DNA from: a virus | Lineage: Duplodnaviria; Caudoviricetes | IMG/VR virus record: IMGVR_UViG_3300032247_000579 | Location: 1 to 28,285 of that record | DNA length: 28,285 bases | Reading direction: 5' to 3' (one strand) | Shown: positions 6,618 through 15,775 of the stretch, piece by piece | How the letters are laid out: each line of letters starts with the position of its first letter | How positions within the stretch are numbered: the first letter of the stretch is position 1 | Position numbers and translations under genes: made by a program | Notes under the pieces: model-generated | The model's input: only the letters and a program-made list of their open reading frames with translations | The model's database searches: none | What the model was told of the DNA's origin: nothing

Positions 6618-8597
6618 ATGAATATCATTACTACACGCGAGCAACTAGAAGAGATGGTAGCCTACTACCTTACTCAGGACGCATTCGCATTTGACGTAGA
6701 AACAATTGGAGACCAACGAGGTCTCACTCCAGTAAATACTGTTGCATGGATCACTTTTGCAACCCACGGTCGCTGTGATGTTATCCCTATGGGTCATCCT
6801 AATGGCGACTTTATTCGTGATGACTTTCCACTTACGGGCGCAGGACAAAAGCGCATTGATGCGGGCCTTGCCTTACGTGCTAGCGACTACTCTAAGGATA
6901 AGAAGAAGGCTGTAAAGGTCTTTGGTAATCCTCCTAAGCAGTTATGGCCAGCAGAAGTGTTTGAGGTATTAGAGCCTCTGATGTTCAGTGAGTCTATACT
7001 TACCATTGGTCATAACCTCATTTTCGATTTGACCTCTGTAGCAAAGTACTACGGAGGTCGTGTGCCATCCGCGCCTTACTTCGATACCATGATCATGTCT
7101 TTTGTTGTAGATAACCGTAACAAGAACCGTTGTGGCCTTGCCGATTGTCTGAAACGTGAGTTAGGTTATGAGATGGAGAAGGGCGTAGGTAAAGAGATTG
7201 AGAAGTACTCTTTCGAAGACGTCGCTAAGTACGCCTACCTAGACTCTAAGTACACCTTCCTACTATGGAAGGCCTTAGTACCTAAGATTGATAGCGCTAA
7301 CCTTAATACTATCTTTGACCTTGAGATGGGAGTATTAGGTGTTCTAGCTGAGATGAAGCTATCCGGAGCTCCTATTGATGTCGATGCTCTTACCTTGCTA
7401 GATGCTAAGCTCCGTGAAGATATTGAGTCCGCCAGAGCAAAGATCTTTTCTATTGCCGGTGCGGTGTTTAACATCAACTCTAACCCTGAGAAGCAGGCAA
7501 TGCTTTACGGCTCTAAGGATGAGGGTGGACGAGGGTTAAAGCCCAAGCTCCTCACACTAGCAGGCCAGAAGAAAGATGCGCTAGGTCAACCTTTAACGTA
7601 CTCAGATTACTCTGTATCAGCGGATGCCTTAGAGGAGTACCGCGGACAAGATGAGTTAGTTGATGCCCTCTTAGAGTACGCGGACTTGAACAAGTTGAGT
7701 ACAACTTACGTAGTACCTTACCTAGGTGGCGAGGTAGTCCGCACTGTTAACGGAAAAGAAAAGCGCGAGCATAAAGACTCACTACTTATTAATGGAAGGA
7801 TCCACTGTGACTTTGTACAGCACGGTGCGGAAACAGGTCGTTTTAGCAGCCGCAATCCTAATCTACAGAACGTACCTGCTCCTCATACGCCTCACGGTAA
7901 GGCGATCCGTAATCTATTTTATGCCCCTGAAGGCTATAAACTGGTGGTTGCGGACTATAGTCAGATTGAACCGCGTGTCATTGCGTCTATGTCAAAAGAC
8001 CCTATCATGATGCAGAACTATCTCAATGGAGATGACATCTACACTACAGTAGGTGACACCATGGGGGTAGACCGTAAAGCAGGTAAGGTTCTTGTACTAG
8101 CTATGGCCTATGGCGTAGGTCCGGACAAGATTGCTAAGCAGATTGGCTGTTCATTGAAAGATGCTAGAGACCTTCTAGCTAACTTCAACAAAAAGTTTAC
8201 CGCGGTCAATACCTACCGTAGTAAGGTCATTGGTATTACTAAGGCTAACAACCCACACCATGTTCTTACTATTCTAGGTCGGCGACGCTATCTGCCAGAC
8301 ATTCTTTCCAAGGACGCCTTTACACGGGCATCCGCAGAGCGCCAGGCATTTAACACCAGAATCCAGGGCTCAGCCGCTGACATCATTAAGCTAGCTATGA
8401 TTAGAGCCCAAGAGTCACTCCCAAAGGAGTCCTCTATTATACTAACCGTCCATGACGAATTAGTTATCCTTACTCCAGAGGACCTTGCAGACAAAACTGC
8501 TGAATCCTTAAGAGAAGCTATGGAGGGCATCGACCTTCTAAACGTACCATTAATCGCAGATGTAAAAATAGTCCAAAGATGGGGTGAGGCCAAGTGA
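6618..8597 (+). CDS. polA: Family A DNA polymerase with 3'-5' exonuclease
   Basis: Exo motifs FDVET, GHNLIFD and YAYLD. TGRFSSRNPNLQN; motif A VADYSQIEPR; motif B RKAGKVLVLAMAYG; motif C TVHDEL. ATG 6618 is preferred because TTG 6558 lies before the hairpin. Confidence 0.95.
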   Translation: MNIITTREQLEEMVAYYLTQDAFAFDVETIGDQRGLTPVNTVAWITFATHGRCDVIPMGHPNGDFIRDDFPLTGAGQKRIDAGLALRASDYSKDKKKAVKVFGNPPKQLWPAEVFEVLEPLMFSESILTIGHNLIFDLTSVAKYYGGRVPSAPYFDTMIMSFVVDNRNKNRCGLADCLKRELGYEMEKGVGKEIEKYSFEDVAKYAYLDSKYTFLLWKALVPKIDSANLNTIFDLEMGVLGVLAEMKLSGAPIDVDALTLLDAKLREDIESARAKIFSIAGAVFNINSNPEKQAMLYGSKDEGGRGLKPKLLTLAGQKKDALGQPLTYSDYSVSADALEEYRGQDELVDALLEYADLNKLSTTYVVPYLGGEVVRTVNGKEKREHKDSLLINGRIHCDFVQHGAETGRFSSRNPNLQNVPAPHTPHGKAIRNLFYAPEGYKLVVADYSQIEPRVIASMSKDPIMMQNYLNGDDIYTTVGDTMGVDRKAGKVLVLAMAYGVGPDKIAKQIGCSLKDARDLLANFNKKFTAVNTYRSKVIGITKANNPHHVLTILGRRRYLPDILSKDAFTRASAERQAFNTRIQGSAADIIKLAMIRAQESLPKESSIILTVHDELVILTPEDLADKTAESLREAMEGIDLLNVPLIADVKIVQRWGEAK

Positions 8598-9070
8598 ATT
8601 GGTTTAACAAGCGAAAGAAAAACGTGTTTGAGGGGTTCTCCCCAAGCAGTCAGATTGAGACTAAGAATGTACCGCTCAGTACTTTGTACCGATGGTTCTT
8701 ATTCGATGTCAATGTAGACGACCCTAACAAGTTTGCAAAAGACGCAGGCTTCACACCTATCAGTGATGAAGGTGTACAGATAGAGCTCGAAGATAGTACT
8801 AGACGGCTTGCAAGAGTAGTTCCCTTCAAGGACTTCCTAGGTATTATGAGCAGCATCATGTCTGAGGTATTCGCGGAGTCAGTAGCAGCTGAGGCACTTA
8901 GTAGTGGGCTCATTGGTGAGGCTGATGATGTAGAGAGGCAGACAGATATCATCAAGGACATATGTGTTTCCCTTTCTATGACAGCTATGGTTCCTACTAT
9001 CGCTGCTGCGCTAGAGCTGGGTATCCTACAGGTACCTAGCAACTTCATTGGATCGCGTGATAGCCTATGA
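8594..9070 (+). CDS. Hypothetical protein
   Basis: GTGA overlap with the polymerase stop and ATGA overlap with the next gene. Confidence 0.7.
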   Translation: MNWFNKRKKNVFEGFSPSSQIETKNVPLSTLYRWFLFDVNVDDPNKFAKDAGFTPISDEGVQIELEDSTRRLARVVPFKDFLGIMSSIMSEVFAESVAAEALSSGLIGEADDVERQTDIIKDICVSLSMTAMVPTIAAALELGILQVPSNFIGSRDSL

Positions 9071-9438
9071 GTAACAACTGGTTCCTAGGAAAGATGGGCG
9101 CTCCCGCACAGCAGCCTCCTACCCCCCCATACACACCTCCGGCACCTACGCCATATAACCCACCTCCATCCATACCGCAAGAGGCTCCTCGTATGCCAGA
9201 GAGCGCACGAGATACGTCACGCTGCCCAGGTTGCGGTAGCGGTAACTACGGCAGAAGCGCACTAGCTCCTGAGGCGAAGGCTCGTTGTTACGACTGTGGA
9301 TATCCAGTGGTTCAATCCGGTAGTGGTATGGGCACGGGCATCTCCGGCGGTACACCTAGTGGTCCAGCCACTCCAGCTAAGCAGATCAGCACAGCAAATA
9401 ACTTTAACCCTCAAACCATTATTGGAAGGATTGAGTAA
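9067..9438 (+). CDS. Pro-rich protein with CxxC...CxxC zinc ribbon
   Basis: CPGCGSGNY...RCYDCGYP after a proline-rich N-terminus. Confidence 0.7.
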   Translation: MSNNWFLGKMGAPAQQPPTPPYTPPAPTPYNPPPSIPQEAPRMPESARDTSRCPGCGSGNYGRSALAPEAKARCYDCGYPVVQSGSGMGTGISGGTPSGPATPAKQISTANNFNPQTIIGRIE

Positions 9439-9713
9439 TGAATACTCCGTGGAAACTAAAACAACAACTAGCTGAACTAGAGGCTAGAGTCATCAGACTT
9501 GACCGTAAATGTTGGGAGCTAGACGAGCAGTTGTATCGTGTTACTCAAGATAGAGATGAGTATCGAGCCAAGTACGAGCTTCTGTACCACACCCCAGAGT
9601 ACAAAACTGACACAGAGGCTGCCTTTGCTCGTGGTTCAGACAAGATGCGTCAATCTATTATCGCTTGGTTAATTGAGATGCCCAGATTAGATTACAAAGT
9701 AGAGGACAATTAA
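9438..9713 (+). CDS. Hypothetical coiled-coil protein
   Basis: TAATG overlaps at both ends; heptad-like N-terminal half. Confidence 0.65.
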   Translation: MNTPWKLKQQLAELEARVIRLDRKCWELDEQLYRVTQDRDEYRAKYELLYHTPEYKTDTEAAFARGSDKMRQSIIAWLIEMPRLDYKVEDN

Positions 9714-10768
9714 TGGATGCAGATTTAGCTAAGGTAATTGCCAAACTCAACAAAAAGTTTGGCGAAGAAATGATTGTACTTGGGTCCAATATCAAGGACG
9801 AAGTCATGGGCAGGATGACCACAGGGTCGCTTGCCCTTGACGTCATTCTAGGTGGAGGCTTCCCAGTTAATCAGTGGCATGAGGTCGTAGGTGAAGCCTC
9901 TAATGGTAAGACTGCTCTTGCTCTTAAGACGGTAGCCGCTAACCAGAAACGTGACCCTAACTTCACTACAGTATGGGTAGCTGCTGAGTCATGGGTTCCA
10001 CAGTACGCAGAGATGTGTGGCGTGGACTTGAGTCGCGTGTTTGTAGTAGCCACCAATGTCATGGAGGAAGCTTACGAGGCTGTGATTGAGTTGGTAGAGA
10101 CCAAGGCTGTTGACTGCGTAGTTATTGACTCGCTTCCAGCATTGGTTCCTATGGCAGAGGACGATAAGAACATGGACGAGGCGACCGTCGGTCGTGGCGC
10201 CCTACTTACAGGTAAGTTCTTCCGCAAGGTAGGTAAGGCCTCCCGGCGTTCCCTTACAGAGGATGAGCGCCCCTTCATCGGCCTTATCATCAACCAGTAC
10301 CGTATGAAAATCGGCGTTATGTATGGTGACCCCCGTACTACTCCAGGTGGAGAGGCTAAGAACTATGCCTTCTTTACCCGTATTGAGGTCAAGCGTGACG
10401 ACTGGATTGAGACAGGCACTGGTCAGGAGAAGCGCAAGGTAGGTCAGACTATCAAGATCCGTACTCTAAAGAACAAGTCAGCTCCCCCATCACAGGTGGC
10501 CTACCTTGACTTCTACTTTGATGACGGGCAGTGCTTTGCTGGAGATTACGACTTTGCTAAGGAGATTGTAGCCCTAGGTATTATCAACAAGGTAATTACC
10601 AGAGCTGGTGCCTACTACTCCTACAAGGACCAAAAGTGGCAGGGCGGTGATGCTGTGCTACAATCTATTAGAGAGGATGTTGACCTCAAGGAAAGCCTAG
10701 AGCACGACGTACGTGATGCTGTAAGAGCGTCCTCTAAGTACGTTAAGGAGACTTCGGGTGAAGACTGA
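9713..10768 (+). CDS. recA: RecA-family recombinase
   Basis: TGSLALDVILGGGFP, GEASNGKT, VVIDSLPAL, INQYRMKIGVMYGDPRTTPGGEA, KNKSAPP and GAYYSY. Confidence 0.95.
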   Translation: MDADLAKVIAKLNKKFGEEMIVLGSNIKDEVMGRMTTGSLALDVILGGGFPVNQWHEVVGEASNGKTALALKTVAANQKRDPNFTTVWVAAESWVPQYAEMCGVDLSRVFVVATNVMEEAYEAVIELVETKAVDCVVIDSLPALVPMAEDDKNMDEATVGRGALLTGKFFRKVGKASRRSLTEDERPFIGLIINQYRMKIGVMYGDPRTTPGGEAKNYAFFTRIEVKRDDWIETGTGQEKRKVGQTIKIRTLKNKSAPPSQVAYLDFYFDDGQCFAGDYDFAKEIVALGIINKVITRAGAYYSYKDQKWQGGDAVLQSIREDVDLKESLEHDVRDAVRASSKYVKETSGED

Positions 10769-11090
10769 GGGCCAACGTCAATCTCAGAAGCACGAGAAGC
10801 GGATCGCTAAAGCTATCGGCGGTAGTACTATCGCCGCTAGCGGAGCGTTCTGGAGTCGCAAGGGAGATATACGAAGCGACGATCTACTCGTGGAGCACAA
10901 GTGGACAGGAAAGATGCAGGTAACTGTCAAAGCGGCAGTCCTAGAAAAGATCGTCAAGGAAGCTATCCTTGATGGCCGAACACCCGTTCTAGGTTTTCAT
11001 CTTAATGGCGAGAACTACGTCATGTTAGATGAGAACGACTTTCTGGAGCTCCGCCAAAAGCTCCAGGAGTGTACTTGCGAGACCCATTAG
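10758..11090 (+). CDS. PD-(D/E)xK nuclease, Hjc-like Holliday junction resolvase
   Basis: HEKRIAK...SGA...KGD...LVEHK motif; overlaps the end of recA. Confidence 0.7.
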   Translation: MKTEGQRQSQKHEKRIAKAIGGSTIAASGAFWSRKGDIRSDDLLVEHKWTGKMQVTVKAAVLEKIVKEAILDGRTPVLGFHLNGENYVMLDENDFLELRQKLQECTCETH

Positions 11091-11383
11091 ATATCGAGAG
11101 CTGGCGTGCTGACGCCAAGTGTAACGGGCTGGATACTGAATTATGGTATCCGCCAAGAGATAAAGAACTATATAAGCCTATTGCAGACCAAGCTAAGGCC
11201 GTCTGTCTAGGTAAAGATGGTAGACCACCTTGCCCGGTAAAGAACGAATGCTTACTCTACGCGGATAAGATGGACGATACCTATGGTATCTGGGGTGGTA
11301 TGAGCCACCGAGAGCGTAACGCTTTAAAGCGTAAGGCTAATAATAACGGCAAGACCCTTGCACAATGGGTCAAAGGAGAATAA
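11069..11383 (+). CDS. whiB: WhiB-family transcription factor
   Basis: WRADAKC...AKAVC...CPVKNECL.YA...GIWGGMSHRER, with four Cys and the GIWGG turn. Confidence 0.92.
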   Translation: MYLRDPLDIESWRADAKCNGLDTELWYPPRDKELYKPIADQAKAVCLGKDGRPPCPVKNECLLYADKMDDTYGIWGGMSHRERNALKRKANNNGKTLAQWVKGE

Positions 11384-11384
11384 T

Positions 11385-11687
11385 ATGACGCACCAACCGT
11401 TTAAGTGCCCAGACTGTGGGCTATGGTGGAGAACAGAGACACACCGATGCTCGGACTACCCACCTAACAAGGGGCTGAGCCCAGTACATCCGCCCAAACC
11501 TAAGTACCCATCAACTAAGATTGATGTAGATAACTTAGATCTATGTGTAGTATGCGAGCGGGTATATGATACTCGGTCACCACATCACTGTAACAAGTCA
11601 ATACAGTATGAGAAGAATAAGAAGCCTCAGTTTGACTCAAAAGATGATAGGTACAACCACCCAACCTATGACAAGTGGCGTAACTAG
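11385..11687 (+). CDS. Hypothetical Cys/His-rich protein
   Basis: AAGGAG SD then ATG 11385; CPDC...HRC and CVVC...HHC. Confidence 0.6.
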   Translation: MTHQPFKCPDCGLWWRTETHRCSDYPPNKGLSPVHPPKPKYPSTKIDVDNLDLCVVCERVYDTRSPHHCNKSIQYEKNKKPQFDSKDDRYNHPTYDKWRN

Positions 11688-11746
11688 ATCTAGCGTTTAG
11701 AGTAAGTAATACTGGGTAGATTAGATGTCTAGGAGAGGACACTAGA

Positions 11747-12610
11747 ATGGCTAAGCCAACAAAGAAACCAAGCGGTGCGCTTAAGGCGCTGGTCAATGCA
11801 GGAAAGCAAGAGACCAGAGCGTTGTCTGCTGTAGAGCGCTGGGTACTATCCCAGCCAGAAGATACTAGCCGACGCATGGATGTTATCCACCCGTCAGCTA
11901 TTATCAAGCAGGATTGGTGCCACCGCGCCCAGTATTACTTACTCATGGGGGAGTCCCCAGCACCTAAGCTCCTTACCCGTAGGCAAAAGGCCGTCTTTCA
12001 GATTGGCCATGATGTCCACGCTCGTTGGCAGGGCCTGTTCGGGGAAATGGGAGTGCTTCATGGTATATGGGAGTGCGACTATTGTGAGGCTAAGGCCTGG
12101 GGCACCTCACCTAAGTCCTGCGCCTGTGGGAATCTTGTTCTTTCTTACAACGAAGTTCCTGTCCTTGATAAAGATCTGCGTATAGCAGGTCACGCAGACG
12201 GCTGGTTACAGGGTCTTGGTGAGGATATCCTATTGGAGATTAAGTCAGTAGGCGATGGCACCATTCGATGGGAAGACCCAGGCCTTTGGTATGACTCTGA
12301 CCAAGATTTTAATAAAGCTTGGGCTAATATTAAAGCCCCCTTCTATAGCCACATCATGCAGACACAGGTCTATCTACATGTACTAGAGAAGACCTTTGGA
12401 GATGCCGCGCCTAAAGAGGTACTATTCATCTATGAAAACAAGCTTAACCAAGATGTTAAAGAGTTTGTAATCCCTAAGTCTAACTTCGGCATCACACATA
12501 TTATGGATGCCGTAGCTATGATTGTGGAATGCGCTGAGGCGGGCACTCCCCCAACGTGCAACGTTAACTCAGCAGGGTCTTGTAAACAATGTGAGGTATT
12601 TAATGATTAA
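11747..12610 (+). CDS. Cas4/RecB-like PD-(D/E)xK exonuclease
   Basis: HPS...WCHRAQYY, GHDVH, GHADG, LLEIKS, QTQVY and a C-terminal C...CKQC cluster. No CRISPR context. Confidence 0.8.
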   Translation: MAKPTKKPSGALKALVNAGKQETRALSAVERWVLSQPEDTSRRMDVIHPSAIIKQDWCHRAQYYLLMGESPAPKLLTRRQKAVFQIGHDVHARWQGLFGEMGVLHGIWECDYCEAKAWGTSPKSCACGNLVLSYNEVPVLDKDLRIAGHADGWLQGLGEDILLEIKSVGDGTIRWEDPGLWYDSDQDFNKAWANIKAPFYSHIMQTQVYLHVLEKTFGDAAPKEVLFIYENKLNQDVKEFVIPKSNFGITHIMDAVAMIVECAEAGTPPTCNVNSAGSCKQCEVFND

Positions 12611-13091
12611 GATGCAAGTTGGAGATGCTAGCAATGTTACGCTAGACCTTATGACTACTCAGGGATTTGTCATAGATAAGTCTTTCACCGGAATAATCCC
12701 TCAGATGCCAGATGATATCACGGACTGTGATGACTTAGGTGTCATGCGCTTATGGCAAGAGTACAATGCTTACCTAGCGTTCATCCTAGCCCAGGTAACA
12801 GTATCGCAGATGGATGAGTCTTCACATAAAAAGACTCTAGATTTAGTTGAGGCAAGGTATACAGCCCGACATACCCAGCCCAAAATGACAGTATCAGCTA
12901 TCAAAGCTCTTGTAGCAGTTGAGGGTGAGGTACAGGACGCGGAATGGAAGTATGATGTAGCTCATAACTACCGTAAAGGTATGGAGATGCTTTATACTAA
13001 CGTTGAGCGTGACTGCTCCTTTATCAGCCGTGAGTTAACTCGTCGTACTTCTAGCGGCTTTAGCTCCAGAGCAAGTAAGTTTACAACCTGA
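12603..13091 (+). CDS. Helical protein, possibly UvsY-like recombination mediator
   Basis: ATG 12603 overlaps the nuclease end. Long helical sequence ending SRELTRR. Function inferred from the recombination context only. Confidence 0.5.
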   Translation: MIKMQVGDASNVTLDLMTTQGFVIDKSFTGIIPQMPDDITDCDDLGVMRLWQEYNAYLAFILAQVTVSQMDESSHKKTLDLVEARYTARHTQPKMTVSAIKALVAVEGEVQDAEWKYDVAHNYRKGMEMLYTNVERDCSFISRELTRRTSSGFSSRASKFTT

Positions 13092-13336
13092 TGTGCGACT
13101 ACAGTAACCAAGCAGATATTCGTAGGGAGGCGCTCTCAGATATGATTCGGATTGCTGAAGAAGCTGGGCTTTACGAGAACGAGCCTACCCTTGATGAAGC
13201 AGCTGAGGCTGTTAAGCGTGTACGTCAGATACATAAGAAGATGAAGCATAGCTACGGTAAGATTGCCTGTACTGAGTGTGGTCAGACCTGGCCGTGTCAA
13301 ACCACTAGGGCATTAAACGGTGAGCTGCAGGGCTAA
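13091..13336 (+). CDS. Small phage protein with RVRxxH...CxxC...WPCxT motif
   Basis: TGATG/TAATG overlaps; similar to the 27493-27696 protein. Confidence 0.65.
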   Translation: MCDYSNQADIRREALSDMIRIAEEAGLYENEPTLDEAAEAVKRVRQIHKKMKHSYGKIACTECGQTWPCQTTRALNGELQG

Positions 13337-13482
13337 TGACTGACTGGGACGCCATAAAAAGCTCGGCAGATGGATGTTCTGCATGTGGCGATCCCCCATA
13401 CGCCCTACAGTATGACCCAAGTACCGATAAAGTCCTTAGTTCATGGTGCCTAAAGCACTTTAAAGAAGTGTATAATAAGTAG
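13336..13482 (+). CDS. 48-aa protein (MTDWDAIKSSADGCSACGDP...WCLKHF...), not in ORF track
   Basis: TAATG overlap with the upstream stop; CxxC...CxxH ligand set. Confidence 0.6.
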   Translation: MTDWDAIKSSADGCSACGDPPYALQYDPSTDKVLSSWCLKHFKEVYNK

Positions 13483-13510
13483 GTTAACCCTACCAGGCGG
13501 GCCCTAAGTA

Positions 13511-14095
13511 ATGACAACTATAGTAACTACAGTCTCATCTGAGTACGCTACTATGTTTGCAGATGAGGGCATCACCGGAGATTACATCCACCCGGACATG
13601 AATAAAATTATCGTCCGTGGGTCGTGGTTAATAGCGGTGTGCGGTGAGGATCGGATCTGTGACATCCTGCAATATACTATTAAGTACCCTGAGCCCCCAC
13701 AGTACTTACTAAACAAGCCAGATGATGAGTGGTTCTCCTGGATGGCCACCCGAGTAGTGCCAATAATCTACAAGGCTGTCGAGAAGCATCTACAGAAATC
13801 ATACTGGGGTACTATTGGAGAGAGTCAAGTACTACTAACTACATATGGTAGAAGCTTTCTAATAGGAGAGACCCTTGGGATCACCAGAGCTCAGCCATAC
13901 TGGAGTATTGGAAGTGGCTCACCAATTGCATTAGGTTCATTAGCAGGTTCAGCAGATGCTAAAGATTGGGGGAAGTACCACTCTAGGTATGCAAAGAAAG
14001 CTATAGAGACCGCAAAGAAGCATGACCCCTACACTAGAGGTAAGGTAACAGGCTTTAAATCACTTAAAGACGGAACAATAGAAGGTATAGTATGA
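13511..14095 (+). CDS. HslV/proteasome beta-like Ntn-hydrolase (Thr protease)
   Basis: N-terminal MTTIV, FAD, NKII, IGSGS..ALG and A...DPYT.G. Confidence 0.8.
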   Translation: MTTIVTTVSSEYATMFADEGITGDYIHPDMNKIIVRGSWLIAVCGEDRICDILQYTIKYPEPPQYLLNKPDDEWFSWMATRVVPIIYKAVEKHLQKSYWGTIGESQVLLTTYGRSFLIGETLGITRAQPYWSIGSGSPIALGSLAGSADAKDWGKYHSRYAKKAIETAKKHDPYTRGKVTGFKSLKDGTIEGIV

Positions 14096-14193
14096 ACTGC
14101 TCAAGCTGTAAAGCAAAGTCATTAAACATCTGGTTTCATTCAAAGAAAGATGAGCCCCTTTGTTATAAGTGTTACGTAGGTGGAAATGGGTAA
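14092..14193 (+). CDS. 33-aa zinc-finger micro-protein (MNCSSCKAK...LCYKCYVGGNG), not in ORF track
   Basis: ATGA overlap with the protease stop; CxxC...CxxC; overlaps the start of the RuvC-like gene. Confidence 0.6.
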   Translation: MNCSSCKAKSLNIWFHSKKDEPLCYKCYVGGNG

Positions 14194-14737
14194 AAAAGTA
14201 TTCGGAGTCCCAAATCTTAAAGGTCCCGTATGTATAGGTATAGATCAATCCTACTCAGGGTTTGCCATGACCGCTATCGACGGCAGTAATAACTATTATA
14301 CTGAGGTCCATAAGCTAGAGGGTAACGGCGTAGAAAGACTGGAGCACGCTCGCCGTGTTATTTATGGCTTTACTAATCACTTTGAAGTACAGGCTGTAGC
14401 TATGGAGGGCTACGCCTACGGTAGCCAAATGGCGAACATGGCTGGAGAATTAGGGGCAGTGGTTAAGTTAACCCTATGGGATAGGTTCAGTCCTCAATAC
14501 CCAGAGGCTAGGTTCCCCCTGGTTGTACCACCTACTAGCCTTAAGAAGTATGTAACGGGCAAGGGCACGGGGGTCAAGAAGAACCAGATGCTTCTAGCTA
14601 TCTACAAGAAGTGGGACGTAGAGTTTACCTCAGATGACGCGGCTGACTCCTATGGACTAGCCAGGATTGCTATGAATAAGCACGATTTTGAGTATGAAAA
14701 AGAAGTTTACGATAAGCTGACTTCAGCAAGAAATTAG
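14186..14737 (+). CDS. ruvC: RuvC-like Holliday junction resolvase
   Basis: IGIDQS, VAMEG, P.SLKKYVTGKG...K and DDAADSYGLA. Confidence 0.85.
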   Translation: MGKKVFGVPNLKGPVCIGIDQSYSGFAMTAIDGSNNYYTEVHKLEGNGVERLEHARRVIYGFTNHFEVQAVAMEGYAYGSQMANMAGELGAVVKLTLWDRFSPQYPEARFPLVVPPTSLKKYVTGKGTGVKKNQMLLAIYKKWDVEFTSDDAADSYGLARIAMNKHDFEYEKEVYDKLTSARN

Positions 14738-14803
14738 CTGGGCTTTACCTCATAATTAAGTAGAGCAACGTTTGCTACACCGATCACTATACGAGGTATT
14801 TAT

Positions 14804-15082
14804 ATGTCCGAAACACCGAAACAAGACGTACTAAAAGTAAGTGCTAGTTCAAGCCCACAGACCGTGGCAGCAGCTATCGCCCATAGTATTTACGAGACTA
14901 GGACCTGCACCCTTCGTGCTGTAGGTGCTGGAGCAGTAAATCAGGGGATCAAAGCTATTGCTATTGCCCGAGGGTATACAGCACCTAAAGGTTACGACCT
15001 AAAATGTATCCCGGGGTTTACTACCATTGAAAGTCACGATGGAGAGATCTCAGCAATTGCCCTTACCGTTGTACCAGATTAA
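14804..15082 (+). CDS. spoVS: SpoVS-like (Alba-fold) protein
   Basis: VLKVSASSSPQTVAAAIA...LRAVGAGAVNQGIKAIAIARGY.AP.G.DL.CIPGF closely matches the SpoVS consensus. Confidence 0.88.
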   Translation: MSETPKQDVLKVSASSSPQTVAAAIAHSIYETRTCTLRAVGAGAVNQGIKAIAIARGYTAPKGYDLKCIPGFTTIESHDGEISAIALTVVPD

Positions 15083-15106
15083 TTAATACTATTTTAAGAG
15101 GTTGAC

Positions 15107-15424
15107 ATGTCAAAACCACTAGCTCCAGGTCCAGACGCAGCGCCATCAGGCGCATCCGCGGTTAATGCGTCAGGCGCCCCCTCAGAGCACACCACCCTAG
15201 TTCCTAAGGCTAACAGAGCCGCTGGGGACCCCGCAGCTATGCCTCATGCTCATACTGCTTACGCCCCTAAGGAGCGCACAGGTGCTGCTTATGGTATTCA
15301 GGTAGGCTTTGAGGCACATACCGAACCAGCTGCTGGCTTTACTCAAGCTAACGGACGCATCTTCCAAGCTGCTGTTAATAGAAGTGCACCTAACTTCTAC
15401 TCTGGTGCTCAAGATCATAACTAA
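15107..15424 (+). CDS. Hypothetical Ala/Pro-rich protein
   Basis: AAGAGGT SD; followed by a terminator. Confidence 0.7.
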   Translation: MSKPLAPGPDAAPSGASAVNASGAPSEHTTLVPKANRAAGDPAAMPHAHTAYAPKERTGAAYGIQVGFEAHTEPAAGFTQANGRIFQAAVNRSAPNFYSGAQDHN

Positions 15425-15441
15425 TTTAATAAAACCCATCG

Positions 15442-15470
15442 AAACCCCGTCAAAAAATTGGCGGGGTTTT
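15442..15470 (+). terminator. Rho-independent terminator
   Basis: AAACCCCGTCAA-AAAA-TTGGCGGGGTTT hairpin ending in a T run. Confidence 0.75.
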
Positions 15471-15535
15471 GACGTTTGAACAGCGGAAATTGAGGTAGAC
15501 TAAAGGGCAAGTACTACCAACCATACGGAGAAAGT

Positions 15536-15775
15536 ATGCTGATTAACGCATTAAACGGTTATCTTGAGGGTAAAATCCCAACCGCCTTGTGCCTAGTAGG
15601 TAAGTGGCTAGAGGAACAAGAAGCCGATGTAAAAGAAGTTTTCTACCAGCTGTACGAGCGTGAGAGTATTAACTTCTCCGCACTGTACCGTGCTATTGAG
15701 GAGTCTGAACTGCCCTTCAAGTTCACTACCTTTAAGGTACATATGAAGGGGCAGTGCCAGTGCCCACGTCCTTAA
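15536..15775 (+). CDS. Hypothetical protein (C...H..G.C.C metal-binding pattern)
   Basis: GGAG SD; CLVGKWL...FKVHMKGQCQCP. Confidence 0.65.
   Translation: MLINALNGYLEGKIPTALCLVGKWLEEQEADVKEVFYQLYERESINFSALYRAIEESELPFKFTTFKVHMKGQCQCPRP

Noticed and set aside
11747-12610. CRISPR-Cas system suggested by the Cas4-like gene
   Set aside because: No repeat-spacer array or other cas genes are present. Solo Cas4-like nucleases are common in phages.
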